Shown: piece by piece, positions 39,222 through 50,034 of the stretch
How positions within the stretch are numbered: the first letter of the stretch is position 1
How the letters are laid out: each line of letters opens with the position of its first letter
Assembly (NCBI GenBank): GCA_963761335.1
Contig: CAVXGR010000024.1
Span: forward strand, 32,001 to 96,000
Direction: 5' to 3'
From: an uncultured delta proteobacterium
GTDB taxonomy: Bacteria; Desulfobacterota; Binatia; HRBIN30; BPIQ01
DNA: 64,000 nucleotides
The notes under the pieces: generated by a model
The model's input: only the letters and a program-made list of their open reading frames with translations
What the model was told of the DNA's origin: nothing
Databases searched by the model: none
Position numbers and translations under genes: made by a program

Positions 39222-40910
39222 ATGGCGCTTGTAGATGGAGGATCGCTGATCAGTCGAGTACTTAAGGAGTTAAACGTAAAGTATCTGTTTGCGATCAACG
39301 GCGGTCACACCTGGCCGATCCTGGCGACCCTGCGGGAGAACGGCGTACAGATGATCCACATGCGCCACGAGCAGGCCTGCGCCTTCGCGGCCGATGCCTA
39401 CGCGCGCACCACGGGCCGCCCCGGGGTGTGCAGCGTCACCGCCGGATGCGGTCTGACCAATGCGATCACCGGTCTGGCGGTCGCCGGTCTCACCGGCAGC
39501 GCCGTGGTGTGCATCGCCGGTCAGCACCCGACCACCGAGGACCATCTCGGCTCCTTTCAGGAAGCCTATGGCAGCGACATCTGTCGCAGCTTTTCCAAGT
39601 ACGTGAAGCGCGTCCTCGACTGGACGACCATCGAGGTCGACCTGCGGCAGGCGTTCCGCGAGGCGATGGCGCCGCCGCAAGGTCCGGCGCTGGTGGAGAT
39701 TCCCACCAACGTGCTCTACCACCAGGACGACCCGGCGCAGCAGCGCCGCGGGGCGCGCGTGTACGCGCCGGACGAGATGCGCAGCGCCGGCGACCCGCGG
39801 CAGATCGAACGCGCCGTCGAGGTCCTGCTCGCCGCGAAGCGACCCCTGATTGCCGCTGGTGACGGCATCTTCTGGTCGGGTGCCGCCGCCGATCTGCGCG
39901 AGCTTGCGGAGCTGACGGGTATCCCGGTCTACGGCCGCCGGGCCGGGCAGGGGGCGCTGCCCGAAGACCATTCGCTCGCCATCCGCGGGCCGTGGAAGAA
40001 GGACTTCACCGGCCGTGCCGATGCGGTGCTCGCCGTCGGCTTCCGTTTCTGGAGTGGAGAGCACTTCGGCGAGCCGCCCACCTGGAACGAGAAGGCCAGG
40101 TACGTGCAGGTCGATGCGGCGCCGGATCGCATCGGCTTGCAGGTGCCCGCAGAAGTGGCCGTCGTCGGCGACCCGAAGCTGGTGCTGCGCCAGATGATCG
40201 AGGAGGTCAACCGCGTCGGCGCCGATGCGGCGCCGCGCCGGGAGTCGCCGTGGCTGGCCGAGGTGGCCGAAGTGCGCGCCAACTACGAGCGCACCATCGA
40301 CGAGCGCGAGCGCAGCAGCCGCGACTGCCTGCCGATCCATCCGGATCACCTGGCGCGCGAGCTCTGCGAGGTGATGGATGGCGACGCCACGGTGATCATC
40401 GACAGCTTCACCATGAGCGGCTGGATGACGCAGTGGTTCAAGGCGCGCTTTCCCGGTCAGGTGATTGACGCCGGTCCTCTGGCGCCGGTCGGGCACGGCA
40501 TCGGCATGGGCATCGGCGTGCAGCTCGCCCGTCCCGGCAAGCAGGTGGTGGTGGTGATCGGCGACGGCGGCCTCGGCATCGGCGGCTGGGACATCGAGAC
40601 CGCCTTGCGCTGCGATCTGCCGCTCATCACCGTGCTGTGGAACAACAGCTCGTGGGGCCCCGGCTTCGAGCAGATGCCGCTGCTCAGGGGACGCACCGAG
40701 CCGTTCACCATGCTCGACGACATCCGCTACGATCAGATGTTCGAGATCATGGGCTGTCACGCCGAGTTCGTCGAGCACCCGAGCGAGATCCGCGCGGCGC
40801 TGGAGCGCTCCTTCAAGGCCGCGAAGGCGTCGCTGATCAACGTGATCGGCGACAAGCGCATCGGCCACCCGCGCCTGGGCGGCAATCTCCTCGGCTCGAC
40901 TCAGGTCTGA
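39222..40910 (+). CDS. Thiamine diphosphate-dependent enzyme (ALS / 2-hydroxyacyl-CoA lyase-like)
   Basis: RHEQ, GDGG..NNSSWG ThDP motif, FQE. Confidence 0.85.
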   Translation: MALVDGGSLISRVLKELNVKYLFAINGGHTWPILATLRENGVQMIHMRHEQACAFAADAYARTTGRPGVCSVTAGCGLTNAITGLAVAGLTGSAVVCIAGQHPTTEDHLGSFQEAYGSDICRSFSKYVKRVLDWTTIEVDLRQAFREAMAPPQGPALVEIPTNVLYHQDDPAQQRRGARVYAPDEMRSAGDPRQIERAVEVLLAAKRPLIAAGDGIFWSGAAADLRELAELTGIPVYGRRAGQGALPEDHSLAIRGPWKKDFTGRADAVLAVGFRFWSGEHFGEPPTWNEKARYVQVDAAPDRIGLQVPAEVAVVGDPKLVLRQMIEEVNRVGADAAPRRESPWLAEVAEVRANYERTIDERERSSRDCLPIHPDHLARELCEVMDGDATVIIDSFTMSGWMTQWFKARFPGQVIDAGPLAPVGHGIGMGIGVQLARPGKQVVVVIGDGGLGIGGWDIETALRCDLPLITVLWNNSSWGPGFEQMPLLRGRTEPFTMLDDIRYDQMFEIMGCHAEFVEHPSEIRAALERSFKAAKASLINVIGDKRIGHPRLGGNLLGSTQV

Positions 40911-40922
40911 GGCGGCGTCGGC

Positions 40923-43004
40923 TCAGGGCGCGGTTGCCGGCAGAGTGTTGCGCGCAATGAAGTCGGCGAGCGGCTTGACGACGTTGTTGTCGGCGTCGTC
41001 TTCGGCGGTGACGATGTCGACGTGGGCAAAGCCCTCGCTGATGTAGACCTCGAAGCCGCCGGCGATGCCCCCGAAGGTGGGAAACGCCGGGCTGGGCGCG
41101 CCGGCATCGACGAGGCGCGGGGTGCTGCCGTCGCAGCTCGGCGCCGTGCAGGTGCCGATGCTGTCGGCGAACGGCACGTAGGCTCCGGGCACGGTCGTCA
41201 ATCCGTTGCTGCCGCCGAAGCAGATGATCGGGATGTCGATGTTCGCCGCCTGCGTCAGGTTCTCGATGTCGCGGCGGCCGCGGCCGATCGACAGAGCGCT
41301 GGAATCGAGATTCACCGCTTGCGAGCAATCAGCGTTGGCCGAGCAGGAAGCGCCGACGAGGCCGACCGTGCAGGTGTTCGCGGTGCACACCCCGGAGACG
41401 CTGGTCGTGCTCGGACCGGCATTTGGATAGTACCAGTCGGTGAAGTTGCTGCCGCCGGCGTAGAAGGTGGGGAGCATGCGGTCGAAGCGGGTGACTTCCT
41501 TCTCCTGTCCCCAGACGGACGCCGGGAGCATGGTGGGCGCCGGACCGTTGTCGGGAAGAGCCGAGGCCGGCTGCGGATGGGTGATGTCCAGCCAGGTCAG
41601 CAACCCGTCGACGACCGGTCCGGGGGAGCCGAGCGAGGTCGACACGAAGGAGAAGATCGAGGCGATGGCGCCGTCGTCGTCGAGAAAGCTGCCGAGGCCG
41701 CCTTCCACCGTCGATGCCGGCAGCGCCTGTAGTCCGGCGAGGTCGGGTACCTTGTGTACGGCGTTGTTGCCGGCGGCACCCTGATCGGCCTGGAGAACGT
41801 TCTGGCCGGAGTCGGGATCGTTGATTCCCTGGATGGCGGTTGCCTCCGAGGAGGCGAGGATGCGCGGGTTGAGGAGGCCGGCGACGACGGCGTAGGCCGA
41901 CGTCGGCGGAGTGCATTTCGGCGGCGTCTGCCCGGCGCAGTCGGTGCCTTCCGTCTCCACGGTGCACGCCGTGGTGCCGTCGATGCAGCGGGGAGCGTTG
42001 TCGCGGACGGCACCGAAGAGGCCGCCGTCGAACTTGGCCTCGATGCGATCCAGAGTGTCCTCGCTCAGCGGCTCGCCGCCGGTGGAGCCGCCGCCGCCCT
42101 CGAGGAGGACCAGGCCGCGCAGGTGGCTGTATCCCGGATCGGGATCGCCCTCGCCGCTCAGGTTGAAGTCCGTGGAGGCGTAGCGAGCCGCGAAGCCGGT
42201 GCCGGCGGAATGTCCGCCGACGAAGACGTTGTGATTGGCCGCGGCTGCATCCGCGGCGCGCACCACGGCGTCGATGTCGCGCGAGAAGACGAGGTTCGTC
42301 CAGCTGGCCATGAAGGGGACGTCGTCCTGCGGATTGTAGAAGACGGCGCGGCGATTGGGCCCAGCGGCCAGCGAAGCATCCAAGCTCAGCCCCAGCTCCT
42401 CGCCGAACAGCCAGTCGAGCGCGATCTGCCCATCCTGATGCTCCTCGGCGATATCGAGCCCGATCGTGTCTTCCAGCTGATTGGTGCGGCGGTCGAAGGC
42501 CCAGACCTCGATGTTCATGCCGTGGTCGGCCTTGGCCCGGCGCAGGAGGTTCTCGGCGAGGATCTTGAACGTGTTGGCGCCGGCCTCGAAGCCGGGGACG
42601 AGAATCAGAATGGCATCCGGAGCTCCCGCCCCATCGAGGTGGAAGCGCGTGTAGCGAGCCCGATTGAGAGTGAAGGAAGCTCCGCCGAACTGCGTCAGCA
42701 GCTTGTCGTTGGTGACCGTGACGCCCGGGCTGCCCGGCGTATCCGCCGGCTCCGCCGCGGAGGGGATGTCGATGGTCTCGAACAGAACTGCCAGCGTTGG
42801 AACGGTGGTGGGCGTTGCTGTGTTCTCTACCGACGTCTCCGTCGCGGTGGGCGTCGCCGGCTGTGCGGAAGGCGTGGGCGTGGACACAGCCGGAGCTGAG
42901 GTCGGCGTCGGGATGGGATACGGGTTGCTCGCATCACAGCCGGCGAGGCAGGCGACAGCGATGGTGATGAGGGCTGCGGCGCGAAGCGGTTTCTCGGCTC
43001 TCAT
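40923..43004 (-). CDS. Lipoprotein with an alpha/beta-hydrolase-like core and Cys-rich inserts
   Basis: Lipobox LAGC, Thr/Pro linker, LVPG, GHSAG, C-terminal HVD; GAGGAG RBS. Confidence 0.7.
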   Translation of the reverse strand: MRAEKPLRAAALITIAVACLAGCDASNPYPIPTPTSAPAVSTPTPSAQPATPTATETSVENTATPTTVPTLAVLFETIDIPSAAEPADTPGSPGVTVTNDKLLTQFGGASFTLNRARYTRFHLDGAGAPDAILILVPGFEAGANTFKILAENLLRRAKADHGMNIEVWAFDRRTNQLEDTIGLDIAEEHQDGQIALDWLFGEELGLSLDASLAAGPNRRAVFYNPQDDVPFMASWTNLVFSRDIDAVVRAADAAAANHNVFVGGHSAGTGFAARYASTDFNLSGEGDPDPGYSHLRGLVLLEGGGGSTGGEPLSEDTLDRIEAKFDGGLFGAVRDNAPRCIDGTTACTVETEGTDCAGQTPPKCTPPTSAYAVVAGLLNPRILASSEATAIQGINDPDSGQNVLQADQGAAGNNAVHKVPDLAGLQALPASTVEGGLGSFLDDDGAIASIFSFVSTSLGSPGPVVDGLLTWLDITHPQPASALPDNGPAPTMLPASVWGQEKEVTRFDRMLPTFYAGGSNFTDWYYPNAGPSTTSVSGVCTANTCTVGLVGASCSANADCSQAVNLDSSALSIGRGRRDIENLTQAANIDIPIICFGGSNGLTTVPGAYVPFADSIGTCTAPSCDGSTPRLVDAGAPSPAFPTFGGIAGGFEVYISEGFAHVDIVTAEDDADNNVVKPLADFIARNTLPATAP

Positions 43005-43218
43005 GTCGTCTTCTCCTCTTCGCCTGCGGTGCGGTGCTCCCTCGGGCCAGCAAGCGGACCCTACGCTATGTGCGCCGCGGCGGCTCGTCAACAACGATCG
43101 GCAAGCCCCGGCGTGCCGTGCGTGACACCGCGGTTCCCCATTGCTATCCAGGCCTAACGTCGCTAAGCGGTTGTCCAAACACAGAGGGGGGATCACCGAG
43201 TTCGGAGCACGGCGGCGC

Positions 43219-44064
43219 ATGGGATCGATCATCGACGGCAAGGCGGTGGCGCGACAGGTGCGCGAGGGGGTGGAGCGGCAGGTGGATGAGTTTCGCCGCG
43301 CCCACGGCATCGTTCCCGGTCTGGCGACGGTGCTGGTCGGAGACGATCCGGCTTCCGAGATCTATGTGCGCAACAAGCACCGGGCCTGCGGCGAGGTCGG
43401 CATCGCTTCCTTCGGCCATCGGCTGGCGGCGACCACCACCCAGGCGGAGCTGCTGGCGCTGGTGCACGGGCTGAACGAGACTCCCGACGTCCACGGCATC
43501 CTGGTGCAGCTGCCGCTGCCGTCCGGGCTCGACACCGATGCGGTGGTGGAGGCGGTGGATCCGCGCAAGGATGTCGACGGCTTGCACCCGATCAGCCAGG
43601 CGCGGCTTCTCGGCGGCCGCCCCGGCCTGCGGCCGTGCACGCCGCTGGGCATCATGCGCCTGCTCGACTCGGTGGGCGTCGAGCTGCGCGGCAAGCGCGC
43701 CGTCGTCGTCGGCCGCAGCAGCCTGGTGGGCAAGCCCATCGCCTTTCTGCTGCTCGAGCGCCACGCCACGGTGACCATCTGCCACTCGCGCACCGCCGAC
43801 CTGGGCGGTGAGGTGGCGCGCGCCGACGTTCTGATCGCCGCCGTCGGCCATCCCCATCTGATCCGCGGCGAGTGGGTGGCGCCCGGCAGCATCGTCATCG
43901 ACGTGGGCACCAGCCGCGTCGACGGCCGCCTGATCGGCGACGTCGAGTTCGAGGTGGCGCGGCAGCGGGCCGCGCACATCACCCCGGTGCCCGGCGGCGT
44001 CGGCCCGATGACCATTGCCCTGCTCCTGGAGAACACCGTCAGCGCGGCGCGCCAGCAGGTGTAG
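43219..44064 (+). CDS. folD: Bifunctional methylenetetrahydrofolate dehydrogenase/cyclohydrolase
   Basis: [30 protein letters not shown]. Confidence 0.96.
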   Translation: MGSIIDGKAVARQVREGVERQVDEFRRAHGIVPGLATVLVGDDPASEIYVRNKHRACGEVGIASFGHRLAATTTQAELLALVHGLNETPDVHGILVQLPLPSGLDTDAVVEAVDPRKDVDGLHPISQARLLGGRPGLRPCTPLGIMRLLDSVGVELRGKRAVVVGRSSLVGKPIAFLLLERHATVTICHSRTADLGGEVARADVLIAAVGHPHLIRGEWVAPGSIVIDVGTSRVDGRLIGDVEFEVARQRAAHITPVPGGVGPMTIALLLENTVSAARQQV

Positions 44065-44114
44065 CGCCTGCCGCCGCAGCGCAGAGATTCGGCCCTTCGA
44101 AAAAGCACACGCGC

Positions 44115-45203
44115 ATGCGCACCCCACTGTACGACACGCACCGCGCCCTCGGAGCCCGCTTCGTCGACTTCGCCGGGTGGGAGATGCCGGTGCAGTACAC
44201 CGGAATCATCGAGGAGCATCGGGCGGTACGGCAGCGCGCCGGTCTCTTCGACGTGAGCCACATGGGCGAGATCGAGGTGCGTGGCCCCGGCGCCACCGAG
44301 GTCTGTCAGAAGCTCACCGTCAACGACGTCACCCGCCTGGCCGATGGCCAGGTGCAGTACTCGCTTCTCTGCCTGCCGAGCGGCGGCGTGGTCGACGACA
44401 TCACCGTGCACCGTCTGACGCCGCAGCGATACCTGCTGTGCGTCAACGCCTCCAACACGGGGAAAGACTACGACTGGGTGCGCGAAGGTGCGGGTGGCCG
44501 CGCCGAGGTGATCGACCGCAGCCGCGAGTTCGCGCAGCTCGCCCTGCAGGGGCCGGAGGCGATGGCGATCTTGTGTGCCTGCACGCGCGCGCCGGTGGCA
44601 GAGCTGCCCTCGTTCCACTTCGTCGAAGCCGAGGTGGCCGGGGTGCGGGCTCTGGTGGCGCGGACCGGCTACACCGGCGAGGACGGCGCCGAGCTCTACT
44701 GTGACAGCGGCGACGCGGTGCGGCTGTGGTCGGTGCTCATGCAGGAGGGCCAGTCGCGCGGCCTGCAGGCGGCCGGGCTCGGGGCGCGCGACACGCTGCG
44801 CCTGGAGCGGGCTCTGCCGCTCTATGGCCACGAGCTCGACGAGACCACCACGCCTCTGGAGGCCGGGCTCGCTTGGGTGGTGCGCATGGAGACCGACTTC
44901 GTCGGCCGCGAGGCGCTGGAGCGGCAGCGACAGGAAGGTCTGCGGCGGCGGCTCGTGGGCTTCGCGCTGCTCGCCGCGGGGATTCCGCGACAGGGCTATC
45001 CGCTCTCGGCCGCCGGCACGCGTGTCGGCGAGGTCACCAGCGGCACGAAGTCACCCACTCTTGGCAAGGCAATTGGTCTCGGCTATGTGACTGCGGACCA
45101 CGCGCGGGCCGGTGATCGAATCGACGTGGAAATCCGCGGTCGCGCCGCAGCGGCCGAGATCGTCAAGCGGCCATTCTACAAGCGAGCTGAGCCTGGGAGG
45201 TAG
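44115..45203 (+). CDS. gcvT: Glycine cleavage system aminomethyltransferase T
   Basis: [37 protein letters not shown]. Confidence 0.96.
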   Translation: MRTPLYDTHRALGARFVDFAGWEMPVQYTGIIEEHRAVRQRAGLFDVSHMGEIEVRGPGATEVCQKLTVNDVTRLADGQVQYSLLCLPSGGVVDDITVHRLTPQRYLLCVNASNTGKDYDWVREGAGGRAEVIDRSREFAQLALQGPEAMAILCACTRAPVAELPSFHFVEAEVAGVRALVARTGYTGEDGAELYCDSGDAVRLWSVLMQEGQSRGLQAAGLGARDTLRLERALPLYGHELDETTTPLEAGLAWVVRMETDFVGREALERQRQEGLRRRLVGFALLAAGIPRQGYPLSAAGTRVGEVTSGTKSPTLGKAIGLGYVTADHARAGDRIDVEIRGRAAAAEIVKRPFYKRAEPGR

Positions 45204-45205
45204 GC

Positions 45206-45601
45206 ATGGAGTTTCCCGAAGATCTCAAATACACGAAGGAGCACGAGTGGGTTCTCGTGGAAGGGAAGGTGGCCACCGTCGGCATCACCGACTATGCCCA
45301 GGAGCAGCTCGGCGATGTCGTCTACGTCGAGCTGCCGGCGGTGGGCGACAAGGTGAGCAAGGAGGACGCCTTCGGGGTGGTGGAGTCGGTGAAGGCAGTA
45401 TCGGACATTTACGCCCCCCTCAGCGGCAAGGTCATGGAGGTAAACGACGACCTCCCCGACAATCCGGCGATGATCAATGAGGATCCCTACGGCGACGGTT
45501 GGCTGATCAAGATCGAGATCAGCGACGAGGAGGAGCTGGAGGATCTGCTCTCCGTTGCGGAGTATCAGGAGTACACGGCGGAGGAGGAGGAGACGGAGTA
45601 G
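45206..45601 (+). CDS. gcvH: Glycine cleavage system H protein
   Basis: HEWV, GITDYAQ, ESVK lipoyl-Lys, DPYGDGW. Confidence 0.96.
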   Translation: MEFPEDLKYTKEHEWVLVEGKVATVGITDYAQEQLGDVVYVELPAVGDKVSKEDAFGVVESVKAVSDIYAPLSGKVMEVNDDLPDNPAMINEDPYGDGWLIKIEISDEEELEDLLSVAEYQEYTAEEEETE

Positions 45602-45623
45602 GGATCTCGGCCCCGCTCCTTCG

Positions 45624-46961
45624 ATGCGTTTCATTCCGCACACCGCTGGCGACGTCGAGGCGATGCTCGACGCCGTCGGCGTCGGCTCCGTCGACGAGCT
45701 GTTCACCGCGGTTCCCGAGCCCCTGTTGCGCACGGCGCCATTGCAGCTGCCGGCGGGGCTGTCGGAGCGGGACGTGCAACGCCGCCTGCAGGCGCTGGCC
45801 ACCGGCAACCCGGCGGCGCACCGGCCCTGCTTCATCGGCGCGGGCGCCTATGCGCACTTCAGTCCGGCCGTCGTCGACCACGTCATCCAGCGCGCCGAGT
45901 TCTACTCGGCATACACGCCGTATCAGCCGGAGGTCAGCCAGGGGACCCTGCAGGCGATCTACGAGTTTCAGACCCTGATCGCCTCCCTCCTCGGCCTCGA
46001 CGTCGCTAACGCCAGCATGTACGACGGCGCCTCGGCGGCGGCCGAGGCGGTTCTGATGGCGCTGCGCATCCACTCCGGCCGCTGCCGCGTCCTGCTCAGC
46101 CGCGCCCTGCATCCGCACTACGTCCAGGTGATCCACACCTATCTGCGCGACGCCGCCGAGGTGGACCTCGTCGAGGTGCCCTGGGACGACAGCGGTCGCA
46201 CCGATCTGCGACGGCTGCGCGAGCTGGCCGGCAGCGACACGGCCGCAGTGGTAGTCGGCTATCCGAACGTCTTCGGGGTGCTCGACGACGTCGCCGGGGC
46301 CAGCGCTCTGGCGCAGGCGGCGGGCGCGCTGACGATCACGGCGACCGCCGAGTCCCTGGCCCTCGGCGCGGTGCGATCCCCCGGCTCCCTGGGCGCCGAT
46401 ATCGCTGTCGCCGAAGGGCAGAGCTTCGGCATACCGCTCTCTTATGGAGGTCCCGGCGTGGGCCTGTTCGCCACCCGCCTGTCGCATGTCCGCCTGATGC
46501 CGGGCCGTCTGGTGGGCGAGACGGTCGACACCTCCGGCCGCCGCGCCTTCGTCTTGACGCTGGCGACGCGCGAGCAACACATCCGCCGCGAGAAGGCGAC
46601 CTCGAACATCTGCACCAATCACTCCCTCATGGCTCTGGCCGCCACCGTCTATCTGACCGTGCTCGGCAAGCGCGGGCTGCGGGCGTTGGCCGCCGAGAAC
46701 CTGCGGGCGGCGCACGCCGTCGCCGAGCGCCTGTGCGCCGGCGGCCGCTGGCGGCGCCGCTTCTCGGGCCCAGTCTTCAACGAGCTGGTTCTGCAGAGCG
46801 ACGACCTGGAGGCGGCGCTGCGAGGCGCCGCGGACGCCGGCGTGCTTCCCGGGCTGGAGATGAGTCGCTGGTTTCCCGAGCTCGCGGATTGCCTCCTCCT
46901 GTGCGTCACCGAGGTCAACACGGCGGCGGAGATCGAGCGGCTGGTGGAGGCTCTTTCGTGA
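45624..46961 (+). CDS. gcvPA: Glycine dehydrogenase subunit 1
   Basis: YTPYQPEVSQG, NASMYDG, REQHIRREKATSNICTN. Confidence 0.95.
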   Translation: MRFIPHTAGDVEAMLDAVGVGSVDELFTAVPEPLLRTAPLQLPAGLSERDVQRRLQALATGNPAAHRPCFIGAGAYAHFSPAVVDHVIQRAEFYSAYTPYQPEVSQGTLQAIYEFQTLIASLLGLDVANASMYDGASAAAEAVLMALRIHSGRCRVLLSRALHPHYVQVIHTYLRDAAEVDLVEVPWDDSGRTDLRRLRELAGSDTAAVVVGYPNVFGVLDDVAGASALAQAAGALTITATAESLALGAVRSPGSLGADIAVAEGQSFGIPLSYGGPGVGLFATRLSHVRLMPGRLVGETVDTSGRRAFVLTLATREQHIRREKATSNICTNHSLMALAATVYLTVLGKRGLRALAAENLRAAHAVAERLCAGGRWRRRFSGPVFNELVLQSDDLEAALRGAADAGVLPGLEMSRWFPELADCLLLCVTEVNTAAEIERLVEALS

Positions 46962-48436
46962 GCGACGGTGGCAAGCAGGCCGGGCTGCTGTTGGATGAGC
47001 CGCTGATCTTCGAACGCAGCCGGCCGGGCCGGGCCGGCGTGCAGATCGATGCGTCGGCGGAGGAGGCTCTCGAGCTGCTGCCGCCGGAGCTGCGCCGCGA
47101 GCAGCTCGAGGATTTTCCGGAGGTGAGTGAGCCCGAGGTGCTGCGCCATTTCCTGCGCCTCTCGCAGTGGAACCTCGGCGCCGCGACGACCTTCTACCCC
47201 CTTGGATCGTGCACCATGAAGTACAACCCGCTGACCAACGAGGCGGTGGCGCGACTCCCCGGGTTCGCCGATCTGCATCCCCTGGTGCCGGACGAAGGCG
47301 CCCAGGGCATGCTCGAGCTGATTGCGGCGCTCGAGGAGGTGCTCGCCGAGATCAGCGGCATGGACGCGGTGTCCCTGCAGCCGGCGGCGGGCGCCCAGGG
47401 CGAGCTGACCGGGATGAAGATGATCCGCGCCTACCACGTGGAGCGGGGCCGGCCGCGCTCCAAGGTGCTGGTCCCGGCGTCGGCGCACGGCACCAACCCG
47501 GCCAGCGCCGCGCTCTGCGGCTACTCCGTGGTCCAGGTGGCGGCCGGCCCGGCCGGAGTGCTGGAAGCCGAGCGGGTGCGCCAGGCGATGAACGAGGACG
47601 TTGCGGCGCTGATGGTGACCAATCCCAACACTCTCGGGCTGTTCGAGCGCGAGATCGTGCAGGTGATCGAGGCGGTGCACGCCGGCGGCGGGCTCGTCTA
47701 CATGGATGGCGCCAATCTCAACGCCCTCATGGGTGTCGCCAAGCCCGGGCACATGGGCGCCGACGTTCTGCAGTTCAACCTGCACAAGACCTTCTCCACC
47801 CCGCACGGCGGCGGCGGCCCCGGCGCCGGCCCGGTCGGAGTGCGCCGCGATCTCGTCCCCTACCTGCCCGTGCCGCGGCTGCGGCGCGAGGATGGTCGTC
47901 TGCGTTGGAGCGAGGACTGTCCCCGCTCGATTGGGCGGGTGCGGGCGTTCCACGCCAACGTCGGCATGCTGGTCCGTGCCTACGCCTACATCCTGGCTCT
48001 CGGCGGCGACGGCCTGCATGAGGCGACGCGCATGGCGGTGCTGTCGGCGAACTATATCCGCCGCCGCCTCGAGGACGCCTATCACCTGCCGTTTCCGCAG
48101 GTGTGCATGCACGAGTGCGTGTTCACCGACAAGCGTCTCGAGCGATACGGAGTGAAGACTCTCGACGTCGCCAAGCGCCTGCTGGATTTCGGCTTTTACG
48201 CGCCGACGATCTATTTTCCGCTGGTGGTCAACGGCGCCATCATGGTCGAGCCGACGGAGAGCGAGAGCAAGCAGACGCTGGACGAGTTCATCGCCGCCAT
48301 GGAGCAGATCGCCCGCGAGGCGCGCGAGACACCCGAGGTGGTGCGCAACGCGCCGACGCAGACGCCGGTGGCGCGCCTCGACGAGGCACGCGCCGCGCGC
48401 CATCCGCTGCTGCGCTGGCGGCCGCCGCCGCGCTGA
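46958..48436 (+). CDS. gcvPB: Glycine dehydrogenase subunit 2
   Basis: LGSCTMKYNP, NLHKTFSTPHGGGGPG, EPTESE. GTG overlaps the gcvPA stop. Confidence 0.95.
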   Translation: MSDGGKQAGLLLDEPLIFERSRPGRAGVQIDASAEEALELLPPELRREQLEDFPEVSEPEVLRHFLRLSQWNLGAATTFYPLGSCTMKYNPLTNEAVARLPGFADLHPLVPDEGAQGMLELIAALEEVLAEISGMDAVSLQPAAGAQGELTGMKMIRAYHVERGRPRSKVLVPASAHGTNPASAALCGYSVVQVAAGPAGVLEAERVRQAMNEDVAALMVTNPNTLGLFEREIVQVIEAVHAGGGLVYMDGANLNALMGVAKPGHMGADVLQFNLHKTFSTPHGGGGPGAGPVGVRRDLVPYLPVPRLRREDGRLRWSEDCPRSIGRVRAFHANVGMLVRAYAYILALGGDGLHEATRMAVLSANYIRRRLEDAYHLPFPQVCMHECVFTDKRLERYGVKTLDVAKRLLDFGFYAPTIYFPLVVNGAIMVEPTESESKQTLDEFIAAMEQIAREARETPEVVRNAPTQTPVARLDEARAARHPLLRWRPPPR

Positions 48437-48506
48437 TCGTCGTCCGAAGAGGCAGAAGCGCCGTCCCGGCGCTCGCGGCAGCCCCGAGCCACCGCTTCCG
48501 TTCCGC

Positions 48507-49667
48507 CTACTTCAGACCCACGCCGGCGACGCCGCTGTAGCCGTAGGCGAGACCGGCGCTGCGCGCGTCGTTGCCCACCTGCACGGCGATGTCGGCCATG
48601 AGGATGAAGTGGATGTTGCCGTCGTCGGCCTCGGCTCCCTGCGGAGGATTGGCGTCGAAGAAGATGTCCGGGCGGGTGGCGTTCAGCAGGGCGCGGTCGA
48701 CGGAGAGACCGCTGCCGCCGTCGTGCCGCAGCAGGCGGGCGGAGACCAGATTGCCCTTCTTGTCCATGATCGCCTCGACGGTCGCCGCTTCGCGGCCGCC
48801 CTGCAAGCCGCTCTGGCGTATGGAGTAGTTGAACTGGATCTCCAGGGACTCGAAGACGCGCTTGGCGACGCGGCGCACGAAAGGCGCGAACAGGCTGGCC
48901 TTGGTGTTCAGCAGGGTGATGTCGCCCTCGCGCACGCTCGGCAGGAAGTCGCGGGTGCCCGGTCGCCCGGCAAAGGCGAGGGCGTTACCGGTGTTGAGCA
49001 GGTCGCGCTCGGCGGCCGGCGGCGGCGGCTGGCTGCCGGCCCGTCCCTGGCGCGCCAGCTCCTCGGCTTTCGGCAACAGGCTGTCGAGCGAGGGCAGTCG
49101 CGCGAGTCGTTGCGGCCGCCCGGCGGCGGGTTCGCTCGCCATCTCGCCCGCCTCGGCCGGGTGGCGGTCCGCGGCCGCTTTCTCCGCCGCCTGCGGATGC
49201 TCTGCGGCGGGGCGCGGGGGGCGCGCCGCCGGCTGCGGCGCCGGCTTTGCAAGAGGCGCGGGGGCCAGCGGCTTCTGCGCCTCGCCGGCGATCACCGACT
49301 TCTCCCCAGTCTTTCCGCCTTCCCCGTGACGCACGCGCTGCTCGGGAACGGTGACATCGCGATCACTCAGCAGGCGCGTGTCCTCCGGCCGCTTCTCCTC
49401 ACCTGCATCGGGGGGCTCGACCACCTGATGCTCGGGTAGAGCCGGGGCCGCCGGCTTCTCGGCGGCGCTCGCCTGCGGAGGTGCCTTGGGTACCGGTGCC
49501 GGGCGCGGCCGTGGCCTCGGAGGCGGCAGGGAGACGAGATCGACGACCACCGGTTCGGGCACCGAGATGCCGTGCAGCTGCTGCGCGGTGCGCATCACCC
49601 CGAGGATCAGAAAATGGATGAGCACCGACAGCACGACGGCGGTGCCGAAGCGCGAGCGGTCGGTCAT
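48507..49667 (-). CDS. TonB/TolA-like protein (TM anchor, Pro-rich linker, C-terminal domain)
   Basis: SVLIH in the TM helix (SxxxH), Pro-rich region, GDITLLNT, SG..VD.A. Confidence 0.65.
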   Translation of the reverse strand: MTDRSRFGTAVVLSVLIHFLILGVMRTAQQLHGISVPEPVVVDLVSLPPPRPRPRPAPVPKAPPQASAAEKPAAPALPEHQVVEPPDAGEEKRPEDTRLLSDRDVTVPEQRVRHGEGGKTGEKSVIAGEAQKPLAPAPLAKPAPQPAARPPRPAAEHPQAAEKAAADRHPAEAGEMASEPAAGRPQRLARLPSLDSLLPKAEELARQGRAGSQPPPPAAERDLLNTGNALAFAGRPGTRDFLPSVREGDITLLNTKASLFAPFVRRVAKRVFESLEIQFNYSIRQSGLQGGREAATVEAIMDKKGNLVSARLLRHDGGSGLSVDRALLNATRPDIFFDANPPQGAEADDGNIHFILMADIAVQVGNDARSAGLAYGYSGVAGVGLK

Positions 49668-49751
49668 GGTGGCGGTCACGGCTGGCGATCTCCGCGAGTT
49701 GCACCGCGGGCGAGGGTCGGCGTATAGTATGGCCGAAATGCGAGGCCGCAC

Positions 49752-49958
49752 ATGTTCGGACTTGGCGTAGGTGAGCTGATCCTGATTCTCGTCATCGTGC
49801 TGATCATCTTCGGTGCCGGCAAGCTGCCGGAGATCGGGGAGGGGTTGGGGCGGGGAATCAAGAATTTCCGCAAGGCCGTCAAATCGCCTGACGAGATCGA
49901 TATCACCCCCGACCAGGATCGGCCCGAGAAGCCCGAGGAGCGCAAGGCCGAAGGCTGA
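49752..49958 (+). CDS. tatA: Twin-arginine translocase TatA/E subunit
   Basis: [24 protein letters not shown]. Confidence 0.92.
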   Translation: MFGLGVGELILILVIVLIIFGAGKLPEIGEGLGRGIKNFRKAVKSPDEIDITPDQDRPEKPEERKAEG

Positions 49959-50034
49959 GCACCGCTCGCGGGCTCGGGACGGCGGCGGGCACAGCAGTGC
50001 CTCGCCCACCGCCCTGGGGTTGCGCCGGGGAAGC

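Noticed and set aside
43005..44114. Glycine riboswitch upstream of folD-gcv
   Set aside because: No tandem GGAGA..CCGAAG..CTCTCAGG aptamer pattern is visible, and the folD-gcvT gap is only 50 nt.
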